From assembly GCA_965215265.1 (NCBI GenBank), contig OZ244048.1, positions 400,917 to 464,916 of the forward strand: a stretch of DNA of 64,000 nucleotides, in the 5' to 3' direction. Shown piece after piece: positions 19,890 through 29,651 of the stretch (position 1 is its first letter; each line of letters begins with the position of its first letter). This stretch comes from Candidatus Poribacteria bacterium. Lineage in GTDB: Bacteria > Poribacteria > WGA-4E > WGA-3G. The position numbers and the translations under genes are program-made. A model generated the notes under the pieces. That model was given only the letters and a program-made list of their open reading frames with translations. It was not told the origin of the DNA and ran no database searches.

Positions 19890-22025
19890 TTATAGATAAA
19901 TCGCTTTAACAAGTCGATCAATAATATCCAAAGGCCCATCAGTTCTACCTGCATTCAGAGCGAGTTTAGAAAATTTCATAACTCGCGAGAGTTCTGATTC
20001 AATAAGTTTGCGTGCCTCATCGTCGATATCATCCATGTTCGATGGCAATGCAATAAAATCGTGAATTTCGCTATGTGTCTTGTCAGTTTCACGACATGTC
20101 CGAAGGAGCCTCCCTCGACGCTGTACCCATTGCCGCTCTACTGTAGTACTGGCCAGGATGAACGCCTTTTTAATCTGCGGAATGTTCACACCTTCATCAA
20201 GCACGCGCTTTGCAGTCAGCACATGCAATGTCCCCTCCTGAAAGGATTGGATAATTTTCGCTGTTTTTTCACTGTTCGGTGTTTCCTTGTATGTGAGTTG
20301 GTGAAAAAGCACACCGCGTGCCTTCAATAAAGCATTGACAGCCTCAAGTTGCTGCGGTGCCTTGTCTGATGCGTAAATTAATGTGTACTGGAGTTGTCGA
20401 AACCCCTCACGTGTCAAGACCGCCTCCAACGCCTCGATCTTATTTTCCGCGTTCTCTAAGAGAGCACGCCTATCCCGAAGCAACTTCATCAGATACTCAT
20501 CAGTTTCATTTTCTTCCTTACGCCAAGAATTCGCCTTGATTTTTTCCGTAAGTGCATACCATTGGTCCATTTCGTCCTCTGTGAGTTCCACAGGATGAAC
20601 GTAATACTCGTATTCAACGAGGCATCGCCCGATTGCTTCCTCGAGCGTGAATTGGAAAACAACCGGACCGAAAAATGAGAACAGGACCTCTGTCCCGTGT
20701 TCATCATATTGACGGATCGGAGTTGCCGAAAGACCCAGCCTATAATCAAAAAAAGTCGGCAGGTCAGTGATGAATCTCTCACTTCCCAGATTGTGTACTT
20801 CATCCGCAATGAGCAAAGTCTTACAATCCATTTTTTTGATTTCCGTTTTAAACTCGCTATTGCATAGTGTAACATGAGAAACGACAACAATTTCAATGCC
20901 GCTTCTTCCAATTCGAAGCCGTCGTCTTATCTTATTAAGTTCACGTGCCCGTCCTCTTGCTCCTGTAGACGCTGTCAGATTAACAGCCGTGAGTCCAAAG
21001 GGCAAAATCTCATCACACCACTGTTGAATGAGCGGAATGTAGGGTGCTGCAACAACGATAAGCAGCGGCTTCTGCACATTGTAAAGCCTATGTGCACAAA
21101 TCATAGCAGTAATCGTTTTGCCTGAACCGGTCGCCATTTCTAAGATACCTTGATAATCCGCTTCGCACCACGCATCTACAGCCCTGCCTTGATGTTCAAA
21201 GGGGCCATCCTGAAATCGGAGTTCTGATGGTATTACAAATGAAGTACGAGACGAATCGTAATCGGCAGGAGATTCCTTTATCGAGCCAGTCGCCTGGTCG
21301 TAGAGTGTCCGAAAATCTGTCTCGGTTGGCGGGATGTCTGAACGATAAGTGTGAAGTAGATCGTCGCGAATAGCTTGGGGCATCTCAACCACGATACAAC
21401 TCTCAACCTCATTTTCCCAAAGTTGTTTGAACTGGTCACAAAACCTTTCTGTAGTGTAGTGCTGGGTAGGATCTTCCCAGGATTTAGAAATGGAAATTTG
21501 CTCAATATTCTTCTGAATACCGGCATAAGTCATATTGCTAGATCCGTGTGCTGCAATCACGTCATCACCTTTCCGAAAGAGCCAGACCTTTGGATGGAAG
21601 AGTGCATCTTTCATAACGGCTATCTTGATTTGGACGCGTCTCCTATGCAGCAGCCACGACAGACACTTCAGTGTATGTTGCGCAATAAGGTCTTCAGTGA
21701 CAAACATATCTTCTAAAATTGCATTAGCGCTATTTTCCGAAGAGGTTAGCCCTTCTTCTATTGCCTCCCTATCTTCAGAGCGGAGCAGAGGACTGATAAT
21801 TAAGCGAAAACTCTCCTCTGAGGAGTTGATAAAGGTTGCCAAGCCCGGGGCTAGCGACACGAAGATGTCGCTAGAAAAGAATCCCATCATGCCATCAACT
21901 TGAGTCGCTGACTGAAAGCAAGGGATCAGGACCTCTTCAGACACCGGATCGTCAGGTAGTATGTAGAGAGGTCTAATATTAGGCACAGCCTGAAGCGTCA
22001 TCTCATTAAGCTCCAACATCTTCAT
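19890..22025 (-). CDS. PLD-family (HKD) nuclease domain fused to an SF2 DEAH-box helicase
   Basis: HPKVWLFRKGD...HGSSNMTYAG resembles an HxK...GSxN PLD motif. The helicase has Walker A MATGSGKT and DEAH-like LIADEVHNLG, then helicase-C motifs (VLTAKRVLDEGVNIP, QRRGRLLR). Confidence 0.7.
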   Translation of the reverse strand: MKMLELNEMTLQAVPNIRPLYILPDDPVSEEVLIPCFQSATQVDGMMGFFSSDIFVSLAPGLATFINSSEESFRLIISPLLRSEDREAIEEGLTSSENSANAILEDMFVTEDLIAQHTLKCLSWLLHRRRVQIKIAVMKDALFHPKVWLFRKGDDVIAAHGSSNMTYAGIQKNIEQISISKSWEDPTQHYTTERFCDQFKQLWENEVESCIVVEMPQAIRDDLLHTYRSDIPPTETDFRTLYDQATGSIKESPADYDSSRTSFVIPSELRFQDGPFEHQGRAVDAWCEADYQGILEMATGSGKTITAMICAHRLYNVQKPLLIVVAAPYIPLIQQWCDEILPFGLTAVNLTASTGARGRARELNKIRRRLRIGRSGIEIVVVSHVTLCNSEFKTEIKKMDCKTLLIADEVHNLGSERFITDLPTFFDYRLGLSATPIRQYDEHGTEVLFSFFGPVVFQFTLEEAIGRCLVEYEYYVHPVELTEDEMDQWYALTEKIKANSWRKEENETDEYLMKLLRDRRALLENAENKIEALEAVLTREGFRQLQYTLIYASDKAPQQLEAVNALLKARGVLFHQLTYKETPNSEKTAKIIQSFQEGTLHVLTAKRVLDEGVNIPQIKKAFILASTTVERQWVQRRGRLLRTCRETDKTHSEIHDFIALPSNMDDIDDEARKLIESELSRVMKFSKLALNAGRTDGPLDIIDRLVKAIYL

Positions 22026-22054
22026 TTTTTAGACATAATCAAATTTAATAAAAA

Positions 22055-22873
22055 CTACTTATAACAAATCAGACACGGTTCCTCATCGTCTTCATCGTCG
22101 TGCACATCCGTAAGGATATCTATCAGCCGCCGATTCGGACGAGCCGCCCGCTTCGCCGCCTTCGACTCTTCAGCATGTGCCTTAATCTGCTCAATGCGTT
22201 CCGGGTCCGAAAGCTCGTCTAAACTCTCGCTCTGACACCATGTGAACCGTTCACCGGTATCAGGGTCAAATTTCTCGTATGCCTTGGCGAGTTCAAAAAG
22301 GTCGGGATGTTTCTCCAGCAACCCTACCCACTCGGATTTACGCTGGAAGAAGCAGAAATAGCACCCGGAACGCGTCCGCCAATCGTAATAGTCCGGCATC
22401 CCGAGCCCACTCTCCTCCAGAATGCGGTAGACATCCTGTTTCGTGATACCATCTTCCTTAAAAGGATATTTCGGCTCAATGTTTCGCAACTCCGCGTTTT
22501 TCAGCGGCTTATAACCGACGCGATCCTCATCTGCACGAATCGCGATGTAGTTGTACGCCTTGTCGTCACCGACATATCTCTCAAACGGTTTAATCTTGAG
22601 ATTGACGGTACACCAACGCACCTGTGGCGATGGCAACAAGCCCCCTAAAACCGTCAACCAGTGATCGAAATCCCGCTCCGTATTCAGACGGGCGATCGGT
22701 TTGCCGAGGAACGCCTCCAGCCGATCCAAAAACGCATACGTCTCCGGCAATTCTTTCCCAGTATCTGAGAACACATATTCCATCTCCGGCACCCGGTCAC
22801 GCATATAAATCGCGAGTGCAGAACTATCTTTCCCACCGGAGAGCCCAAGAATGTGTCGTCTCTGCTGTTCCAT
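22055..22873 (-). CDS. PAPS-reductase-family PP-loop ATP pyrophosphatase (DndC/SspD-like)
   Basis: PP-loop LGLSGGKDSSAL near the N-terminus. Start chosen at MEQQRR, preceded by RBS GGAGG; the ORF track's longer version overlaps the upstream gene. Confidence 0.75.
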   Translation of the reverse strand: MEQQRRHILGLSGGKDSSALAIYMRDRVPEMEYVFSDTGKELPETYAFLDRLEAFLGKPIARLNTERDFDHWLTVLGGLLPSPQVRWCTVNLKIKPFERYVGDDKAYNYIAIRADEDRVGYKPLKNAELRNIEPKYPFKEDGITKQDVYRILEESGLGMPDYYDWRTRSGCYFCFFQRKSEWVGLLEKHPDLFELAKAYEKFDPDTGERFTWCQSESLDELSDPERIEQIKAHAEESKAAKRAARPNRRLIDILTDVHDDEDDEEPCLICYK

Positions 22874-22883
22874 GTTTTCCTCC

Positions 22884-25800
22884 CTATTCTTGAAGTTGTT
22901 GCATCCATTTCTGTGCAATTCGTGCGAAAATAGCGACGCGAAGCTCAAGGGTATCAGTGCCCATCCCAAACTGCTTAAAGACCTCATCAATAGCCTTTTC
23001 TATTTCGGAAGCCTGCTTATCAGCCGCTGATGGTAAAGTGACGACCCGCTCCTGTTCGGCTTGGTGAGGCCGTGTAATGCCGACCCGAACAGGTTCACTA
23101 GATGACGGCTGACGGCACGCTTGTTCTTCATAAGAAACGGCTTCAAAATGATGGAATTGTCGCGCGAGCGTCGAAAGATTCATCTCAAATAGAGCGTTAT
23201 CTTCGTCATTCCAAGATCTCGGCGGTTTGTTAGCTACATAGAGCGCCACTGCCTCAAGCCAGTCAGTGCGATTCCGAAGCTTGCCATCGCAGACTCGACG
23301 GAGAAATCCGTTGAGCCTCCCCCCAACGGTAATTTCCAACAGCGGCTCTGCTCTGCGAACCAGTACACGCTGAAGCTCTTTCTCGTCTTCCAAAGCGAAC
23401 GTCGTCTTAAGTCGTTGTTCAATCGAATTCAACAGACTCTCGTAGACCTGCCGCAATTCAGATAAAACCTCCTGTAGTCTGCTGCAGAAGTCCGAAACTA
23501 CCTGCGAGTCCACGATTTCCGGGCTGAAAACCGGAAATCCGAGGGCCTTCGGCAGCTCCCCAAAAAGCAGCTCATCCGGTTCACGCGCATTCGTAACCGA
23601 TGTACGCAGCCTCTTAGCTTCATCGCTCAACTCCTCCGTTTTCAAAGTGTAGTCTGGAAGTTGTGCAATAAATTGCATAAGCGGTGCAACCACCGTCAAT
23701 AAATCAGGTTCTCCAGGTTCCGACGATTGACGGAGTACCTTCAGAAATTGCTCGAACAACTCGCCCCGGATAGCTGTCATCCGGAAGCGCTTGATCTCAA
23801 ATCGTTGCGGCATTTTAAGCAGCCGCTCAAAAAGCGGCACTGACCATTCCGGGGCAAAGCCCCCATTTTCGTAGAGCGCGATTTCCGACTTGTAATGCAG
23901 CAGAGCAGCACACAACAGAATCGGCAGCAGACCATTTCGAACACCGTAAGGCTCGGCCTCTAAGCATTTATAGAGAGCTACTACCGGTTGCCGCTCGCCT
24001 TCACACTCCTCAAGAAACGCATCTATTTCTCCCCACACGGGCATCAGACTTTCTTCCGTTGGCGGACAAAACCCCCACATGTCCGAAACTTTGCGATGCA
24101 TGCCCGTACTCTCTAACACAGAACGGTAGATGCTCATTTCAGCCGGGTAACCGTTGATGCCGAGGTTTTCCATGTCACTCCTCTCAAGCATCGCCTCAAT
24201 CAATTTTCTTCGGGCAGTCGCCGCTGTCGCAGAAATACTACGTCTATTGATGAGCTCATTACGAATAATAGGTGTCCCAGGGTAAACCTGCTTACAGATT
24301 TCTGACAAATATCTGTTCCGCGCACGTTGGGAGTTGATACTTTCTACAGGTTTCCCTTTGTGGTACCAGAGACAAGTTTTATCTCTATCCTTGTCGCCCT
24401 TAAAAATTTCGGTTAGTTGACCGGACACTGCGCGTTCTGCTTCCATCTGCCGCAGGAGGAGCTCCCGTCTTGCAACTGCATCGCCCTCCAATTCCGGGGT
24501 GTTTTCCGCAACCCAATGTAGACAGGCAAGTTCAAAGACAACCTCTTGCAGCGACTCGATCGAACGTGGAATCGCAACCAACACCGCCGCGTGCGCGACA
24601 CTGTCCATGCCGCACGCCTTCTCAATGAACTGATCGACCTGTTCCTGCGTCGCAGGTAGCGTGTAAAGGATCAGACCGTCCGCATCCTCGAACGGTTCAC
24701 TCAGATCTGCCTCGAAGTTCTCAAGATTGGTGTACCGAACAGTGAAATGACGGAGGGTCCCTGTCTCAAACAGATGCTGCCGTGCAACGAGCGGACGCGG
24801 TTGTGTATAGCGCGAGAGGTCTGCAGCAAGCACTAACTCCGAACCAATATGGGCCGCGGCTTCGCGGAGCCGTACCTCAATATCAATATCACTCCCTTCC
24901 CAAAGGGCGTAGGTGTCATTGTAACGACGGTATATCACAATGGATCGCCTTTTCAGATCTGCAAGCGCCTCCTCAAATCCTCCTCCGTTAGCGTCTAACG
25001 CATAACGCAGCATTTGTGCTGAGGCTTTCAGCTCAGGAATCCCTGTGTTAACAACATTGAGTAACCCAATAGTTTTAATCAGACGAAGCGCTAACGGTGA
25101 AGGATCCGATAAGCAATCTAAGGCAGATTCAATTTCTACCCATTTTTTCCCGTTATGAGAAGCATAAAGCCGATGCCCTTGTGTAGTATGAAGGTAGTCA
25201 TACAGTTCAGCGAGCGAAAACAGAGGCAGAACCTCTCCATCGTAAGATTCTGATGCCAAAAAGTCTTGTAGCCCATGCGGTTCGCTTGAACTCAGGAAAG
25301 CAAAGAGCGAACGTTCATTCTGTGAGAACCGCCGGAAAAGCGGCCCGATCATGAGGGCCACCGTCGGATGCAGCGGCAGACAACTCTTCAATAACAAAAT
25401 AAATTCGTCTTCATTCAATTGGCGCGGTTTTAGTCCTAAAGCAATTGCATTGTTAAGATTAGGCGGCACGACAACCTCTGGATGCCGCACCAATGCCGCA
25501 CTAATTAACCGAAGCACCTGCTCAGTCGGCTCCGTAAACACCACATCCTCGAACCGGCCCTGAACCTTCGCCCACTCTTCTCGTTGTGACCTACTCGCAC
25601 GTTCCACGTAAAATTCAAAAGCTTGATGCAGGATCGTCATCAGGAAGAACGGTGCCGGCGTACTGCGATCCGCCAATTCGGCGAGGCTCTGCAGAACAAA
25701 TATATCTGCTTGTGCCGGACGATCCGCAGCATATTCGAGAAACTTTCCCAGCTCGTCAACCACCACCAGCAGCCCGGAACCTCCAGCATCACAAATTTGA

Positions 25801-26363
25801 CGTGTCGCCGATTCAAATAGCGCAGTTATCTCAGAGGCAGACGGCGAACCCCCATTTGCTACCATTTCTTTCAGGTTGTCGAGAACCGCAGCAGCACCCC
25901 AATCGCCGTTTGAACGACTGAGCCCATGCTGCAGACCCCGCAGCAGACTACGCGTAAGCGGCGCACGTTCCCCCGAAATCAACACAGGACAGAAACCAGA
26001 TGACGACACCGCCCCCTTACCGTTTGCACCGACAGATACGAATCGCGCATGCAGCTCAGCATCACCCGCCTTCAGGATTTCTAAAGCCTGGCGCGCCGCG
26101 GAAGTGTCACGGGCACCGAGTAACTGTGCCGCAAAGAGTGCAAATGCCGACTTCCCCGAACCATACGGGCCCGTCAGAGACCACGCCTTTGAACCACGTT
26201 CGTTTTCAAACGTAGAAACCACACGCCCCAACATATCCCGCGCACTCACAGTCAAAACGTACCCATCCAGAACGCTCTCCGTGTAGAAATCGCGCTCCAG
26301 ATGCACCGAACGCCTAAAACGCCCCCTAATCTGAAAAATATCTGACAACAAGGTGTTACTCAT
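22884..26363 (-). CDS. large P-loop NTPase (1159 aa; KAP/BrxC/SspC-like ATPase)
   Basis: Walker A LTGPYGSGKSAF and Walker B LLVVVDELGKF in the first 250 aa, with a long alpha-helical C-terminal region. A 4-nt overlap couples it to the upstream DUF4007-like gene. Confidence 0.6.
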   Translation of the reverse strand: MSNTLLSDIFQIRGRFRRSVHLERDFYTESVLDGYVLTVSARDMLGRVVSTFENERGSKAWSLTGPYGSGKSAFALFAAQLLGARDTSAARQALEILKAGDAELHARFVSVGANGKGAVSSSGFCPVLISGERAPLTRSLLRGLQHGLSRSNGDWGAAAVLDNLKEMVANGGSPSASEITALFESATRQICDAGGSGLLVVVDELGKFLEYAADRPAQADIFVLQSLAELADRSTPAPFFLMTILHQAFEFYVERASRSQREEWAKVQGRFEDVVFTEPTEQVLRLISAALVRHPEVVVPPNLNNAIALGLKPRQLNEDEFILLLKSCLPLHPTVALMIGPLFRRFSQNERSLFAFLSSSEPHGLQDFLASESYDGEVLPLFSLAELYDYLHTTQGHRLYASHNGKKWVEIESALDCLSDPSPLALRLIKTIGLLNVVNTGIPELKASAQMLRYALDANGGGFEEALADLKRRSIVIYRRYNDTYALWEGSDIDIEVRLREAAAHIGSELVLAADLSRYTQPRPLVARQHLFETGTLRHFTVRYTNLENFEADLSEPFEDADGLILYTLPATQEQVDQFIEKACGMDSVAHAAVLVAIPRSIESLQEVVFELACLHWVAENTPELEGDAVARRELLLRQMEAERAVSGQLTEIFKGDKDRDKTCLWYHKGKPVESINSQRARNRYLSEICKQVYPGTPIIRNELINRRSISATAATARRKLIEAMLERSDMENLGINGYPAEMSIYRSVLESTGMHRKVSDMWGFCPPTEESLMPVWGEIDAFLEECEGERQPVVALYKCLEAEPYGVRNGLLPILLCAALLHYKSEIALYENGGFAPEWSVPLFERLLKMPQRFEIKRFRMTAIRGELFEQFLKVLRQSSEPGEPDLLTVVAPLMQFIAQLPDYTLKTEELSDEAKRLRTSVTNAREPDELLFGELPKALGFPVFSPEIVDSQVVSDFCSRLQEVLSELRQVYESLLNSIEQRLKTTFALEDEKELQRVLVRRAEPLLEITVGGRLNGFLRRVCDGKLRNRTDWLEAVALYVANKPPRSWNDEDNALFEMNLSTLARQFHHFEAVSYEEQACRQPSSSEPVRVGITRPHQAEQERVVTLPSAADKQASEIEKAIDEVFKQFGMGTDTLELRVAIFARIAQKWMQQLQE

Positions 26364-27352
26364 TCTTCCCCTTCTTTGTCATAATACTGCTTTAAAAGTC
26401 GCATCGACTCTGAATCACACCGACTATCGCGATGGAAAAGTCGCATCGACTCGGAACCACACCGACTATCGCGATGGAGCTGCTTTAAACCTGCAGTATC
26501 ATCATATCGCAGTACACCCGCGGTAAGTTCTTCAAGCCTATCGAGATACAGAGTCATCGTGTCTTCATCTATTCTGAAAATTCGTCCCGGACTTAAGGGT
26601 TCATACATCAGCTCTTGGAAGCGCAATGTGTTCGCTGCAGAAAAACGTTTATCCCAAAACGCAATCAGCGTCGCCGTAAAGAGCTCGACCGGTAAAGTCT
26701 CTTTTCTCCCACGCTGGAACTCATAGCCCGCACCCTCCGGCAACTCACCGATTAAGTTGAGCTCAACAAGCGGACAAGCAAAAGTCTCCTCAACTAAGGC
26801 AGCGTTAAAACTATCAGGTGAAGCGCAATACGTCCGAATAAAACAAGTCACATCGCGCCGAAATGTATTGTCAGAAACAGGCCGCTTCGATACCCGCTGC
26901 TGCGATGCCCACTTCGACAATTCCGTTATAAAGGTGTCAAATGTGAATCGATTCTCCTTAAAAATGTTAAATGCCCAATACCACGTAGTAGCCTGGTTGA
27001 TATGAGTTGCAATCTGCCAATGAATGAACCACAGAGTAGCAGGGTCATCGAGGTACGGATCAAATCCGTCTTTCCCAAAAAAAGCCTCGCCGAGCTCTGT
27101 TGGCACAAATACCCCGGGTTGACGTGATACTGTCTCAATAAGTCCAGATACTCTGCACCAGTACCGAATAGAATCCACCATGTTTTTTCCGACACCTAAA
27201 GTGACGGAAGCCTCCTGCGATGAAAAAACATCCGGATCCTCGATTACCGCATCGACACCTTTCTTCAACCACATGTATCGCATCGGAAACGTCTGATGGC
27301 CTGAAAAGGACAGATTTCTTACTTGTGAAGGGTTGAAGCGTAGGTTACTCAA
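26360..27352 (-). CDS. DUF4007-like protein (SspB-like), first gene of the PT-like operon
   Basis: The N-terminal FSGHQTFPMRYMWLKKG motif is one I associate with DUF4007 proteins that sit beside PAPS-reductase and ATPase genes in Ssp-type clusters. This assignment is from memory. Confidence 0.5.
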   Translation of the reverse strand: MSNLRFNPSQVRNLSFSGHQTFPMRYMWLKKGVDAVIEDPDVFSSQEASVTLGVGKNMVDSIRYWCRVSGLIETVSRQPGVFVPTELGEAFFGKDGFDPYLDDPATLWFIHWQIATHINQATTWYWAFNIFKENRFTFDTFITELSKWASQQRVSKRPVSDNTFRRDVTCFIRTYCASPDSFNAALVEETFACPLVELNLIGELPEGAGYEFQRGRKETLPVELFTATLIAFWDKRFSAANTLRFQELMYEPLSPGRIFRIDEDTMTLYLDRLEELTAGVLRYDDTAGLKQLHRDSRCGSESMRLFHRDSRCDSESMRLLKQYYDKEGEE

Positions 27353-27550
27353 ATTTTGCCCCCAAAAATGTACAAATCCTCAGCACATGCAGCCCTGGGG
27401 GCAAAAAATTGAGAATAAGCGATAGAGAGACGGTACAACAAAAACAGCCCGCAGCCGGTGCCATCAACCAATATGACACACGAGCGCACGGACAAAAAAT
27501 CGGCAAATGCCAATAACGTTTTACTTAATAAAATACTTAACGAATGTGAA

Positions 27551-27560
27551 TTGGGGGGGG
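27551..27560. repeat. G10 homopolymer tract in the leader/promoter region of the PT-like operon
   Basis: attgggggggggg, about 200 nt upstream of the operon's first start codon (minus-strand orientation). Confidence 0.9.
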
Positions 27561-27869
27561 GGTCGTGGCCTGTTAAACCTTGTGTACGAGAGGGATCTCG
27601 TGGAATTAACGACCGACAGCAATTGCAACCGGACGCTGGTACTGTTTTAAATCTAGGACTAATATGTTTATTCTTCATCTACTTTACCGGTTAGATGTGA
27701 GGGAGTATAACTTAAACCAGAATGGAAAATAATTGAGATAATACACATTTTTCTGTTCTTCGGGTCATATTTACCTATATTATACCTTAAACTGCAAATC
27801 TGTTCAAACTATTTCCCGGATTTGTCACGTTTTGTTTTATTATATGAATTATCAAATTCTTGTGCGATT

Positions 27870-28736
27870 CTAGCCTTTAAACACCTCTCTTAGGTGCCAA
27901 TCTATAAATTCTTCGTTCGGGTAATCCATCTGGCTATGAGGAAAACTAATTTCTTTTCCGTGGAATCTCATTAGCCATTCTTCAAAACCGGCTGACCCGT
28001 CTGCATCCTCAGATACCACTATTGTCAACTCCTCGGACAATGCAAAGGCCCCCCGGTCGAACAACTTATGATGTAGCGAGCAGAGAGCCATGCCATTCTC
28101 TGCTATATCCGGTCCATCCGCCATGCGCCATTTGATATGAGCCGCCTCTAAAGCGACAGGACGAGCTCGTAACGTTACATTAAATCCACAAATCGCACAC
28201 TCGTGGTTATAAGCATCGAGGATACGGTGCCGGAATTTAGGATCACGGGGCTGCCAGAACGATCCGAAAGATAGTTCAATGCCGACAGCTTGTAAAATAT
28301 CTTCATGGTATGAGATTGGAAAATGAGAAGCTAGCAACCGCCCAGTTATTTCAAAAACTAAACCCAAATCGCTTTTAAGTTTTTCGGCAATCGCTGCCGG
28401 AAAGCTACCGACACCGTACTCCCTCAAATCGGTGACGTACGCATCTCCACTAGCAGTCTGCTGAATTCTATGTGCATCGGATACTTGCCAGATGTCGTCG
28501 TTTTGCAACCGCCAAAATGGCTGCTCAGGGTGATACCTTTGGCACCACGGTCCAAACTCTTTTAGTAAGTCCTTGAGTTCCTTTTCAGCTTCTGCAAATG
28601 GGATGTACTCAGTTTCGCTGTTCAGCAATTTGCCTATCGCATAAAGTAGCAGCAACGGCTTATGAGGCGCTCTTTCGCCGCCGCTTTTCCATACATTCAA
28701 GTCCTGAAATTTCTGAATAATTGATTCTCTGTCCAT
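27870..28736 (-). CDS. HNH endonuclease-domain protein (288 aa) with an uncharacterised N-terminal domain; possible modification-dependent (Type IV-like) nuclease
   Basis: C-terminal HNH core HECAICGF...EAAHIKW...ALCSLHHKLFDRG. Confidence 0.7.
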   Translation of the reverse strand: MDRESIIQKFQDLNVWKSGGERAPHKPLLLLYAIGKLLNSETEYIPFAEAEKELKDLLKEFGPWCQRYHPEQPFWRLQNDDIWQVSDAHRIQQTASGDAYVTDLREYGVGSFPAAIAEKLKSDLGLVFEITGRLLASHFPISYHEDILQAVGIELSFGSFWQPRDPKFRHRILDAYNHECAICGFNVTLRARPVALEAAHIKWRMADGPDIAENGMALCSLHHKLFDRGAFALSEELTIVVSEDADGSAGFEEWLMRFHGKEISFPHSQMDYPNEEFIDWHLREVFKG

Positions 28737-28811
28737 TTTCTATCTTCTTAGCTATAGAAGAGTTCCATTTTCTCTCTGCTGCGAATCAGGATGCGATATA
28801 AACAAAGAAAT

Positions 28812-29651
28812 TCAACTTGTAAAAGTGGAATTCTGCTCTGTTTTATCTTCAATTTCCAGGAAATCCTCGTGCCTTTCTTCCAAGAGATTCGCTAACGCTT
28901 CTTCCATGGAATCCTCGGATGCTTCAGCATGATTCATCACAAATTCCCATGCAATATAGTAGATATTATCTAAGTCAAAATCTGAGGGGTGGTAACGGTC
29001 GAAATGAGCGATATCACAAGTATAAAGAATTTCCCCTACGTAATCAACCGCTCCATCGGGGAGTTCTGCGAGCATCTGTGCGGTTGTTACATCGTCCACC
29101 TTTATCTCGTATTTTTTGCTAATGTACTGTTTAATGACACGCGCAATTATTTTGTGGTATTCGGCAATTGCATCCTTCTCACGCAGGGCATAAGCATCTT
29201 CAAGCTGGCTGAGTGCTTGATCTTCAAAGGGCTTGCCGTCACCCAATGTTAGCGGACTTCTGCGCCGCTGCGGATTTGGCTGTCCCTTGCTTACCGTTCG
29301 TGCTCTTCTTGGACTTTGCGGGCTTCTATGCACGTGCTGAAGCTTCTCACGGTGCGCTTGCCGGTTGCGGCGGACACGCGAGCGAAGAACCAGCGCACCT
29401 GCCGCGAGAATGATGAGACACGCTGGTAAAACAACCCACAAAAGAGTGCTGACGATATCCATGAGTTGATATGGACTAGCACGGAGTCCAGCCGCGTTCT
29501 CCATCTGGTTTCCTACGGTTTGCGAGAGAAACCCAACAGTTCCAAAATAGCCGGTGGAAGATCGGCTTTTGCGTGTCTCGCTGTTTTGTATCGTGCTTGC
29601 CAGAGTTGTGCCACACGCAAAAACTCGCCTAATCTTCATGGCATAGCCCAT
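28812..29651 (-). CDS. hypothetical membrane-anchored protein
   Basis: Hydrophobic segment LLWVVLPACLIILAAGALVL followed by an Arg/Pro-rich linker and a soluble domain. Start trimmed to avoid overlap with the regulator gene. Confidence 0.4.
   Translation of the reverse strand: MGYAMKIRRVFACGTTLASTIQNSETRKSRSSTGYFGTVGFLSQTVGNQMENAAGLRASPYQLMDIVSTLLWVVLPACLIILAAGALVLRSRVRRNRQAHREKLQHVHRSPQSPRRARTVSKGQPNPQRRRSPLTLGDGKPFEDQALSQLEDAYALREKDAIAEYHKIIARVIKQYISKKYEIKVDDVTTAQMLAELPDGAVDYVGEILYTCDIAHFDRYHPSDFDLDNIYYIAWEFVMNHAEASEDSMEEALANLLEERHEDFLEIEDKTEQNSTFTS

Noticed and set aside
22055-26363. BREX type 4 (BrxP PAPS-reductase + BrxC ATPase)
   Set aside because: No PglZ alkaline-phosphatase-like gene and no BrxL/Lon-like gene in the operon. 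The DUF4007-like partner and the SMC-like ATPase point towards Ssp/Dnd-type components instead.
27349-27678. 109-aa upstream ORF overlapping the operon start as a real leader peptide gene
   Set aside because: The sequence is low-complexity (PPP from the homopolymer, Cys/Arg-rich). It has no RBS-like sequence that I can see and no recognisable motif. It is retained only as context for the homopolymer finding.
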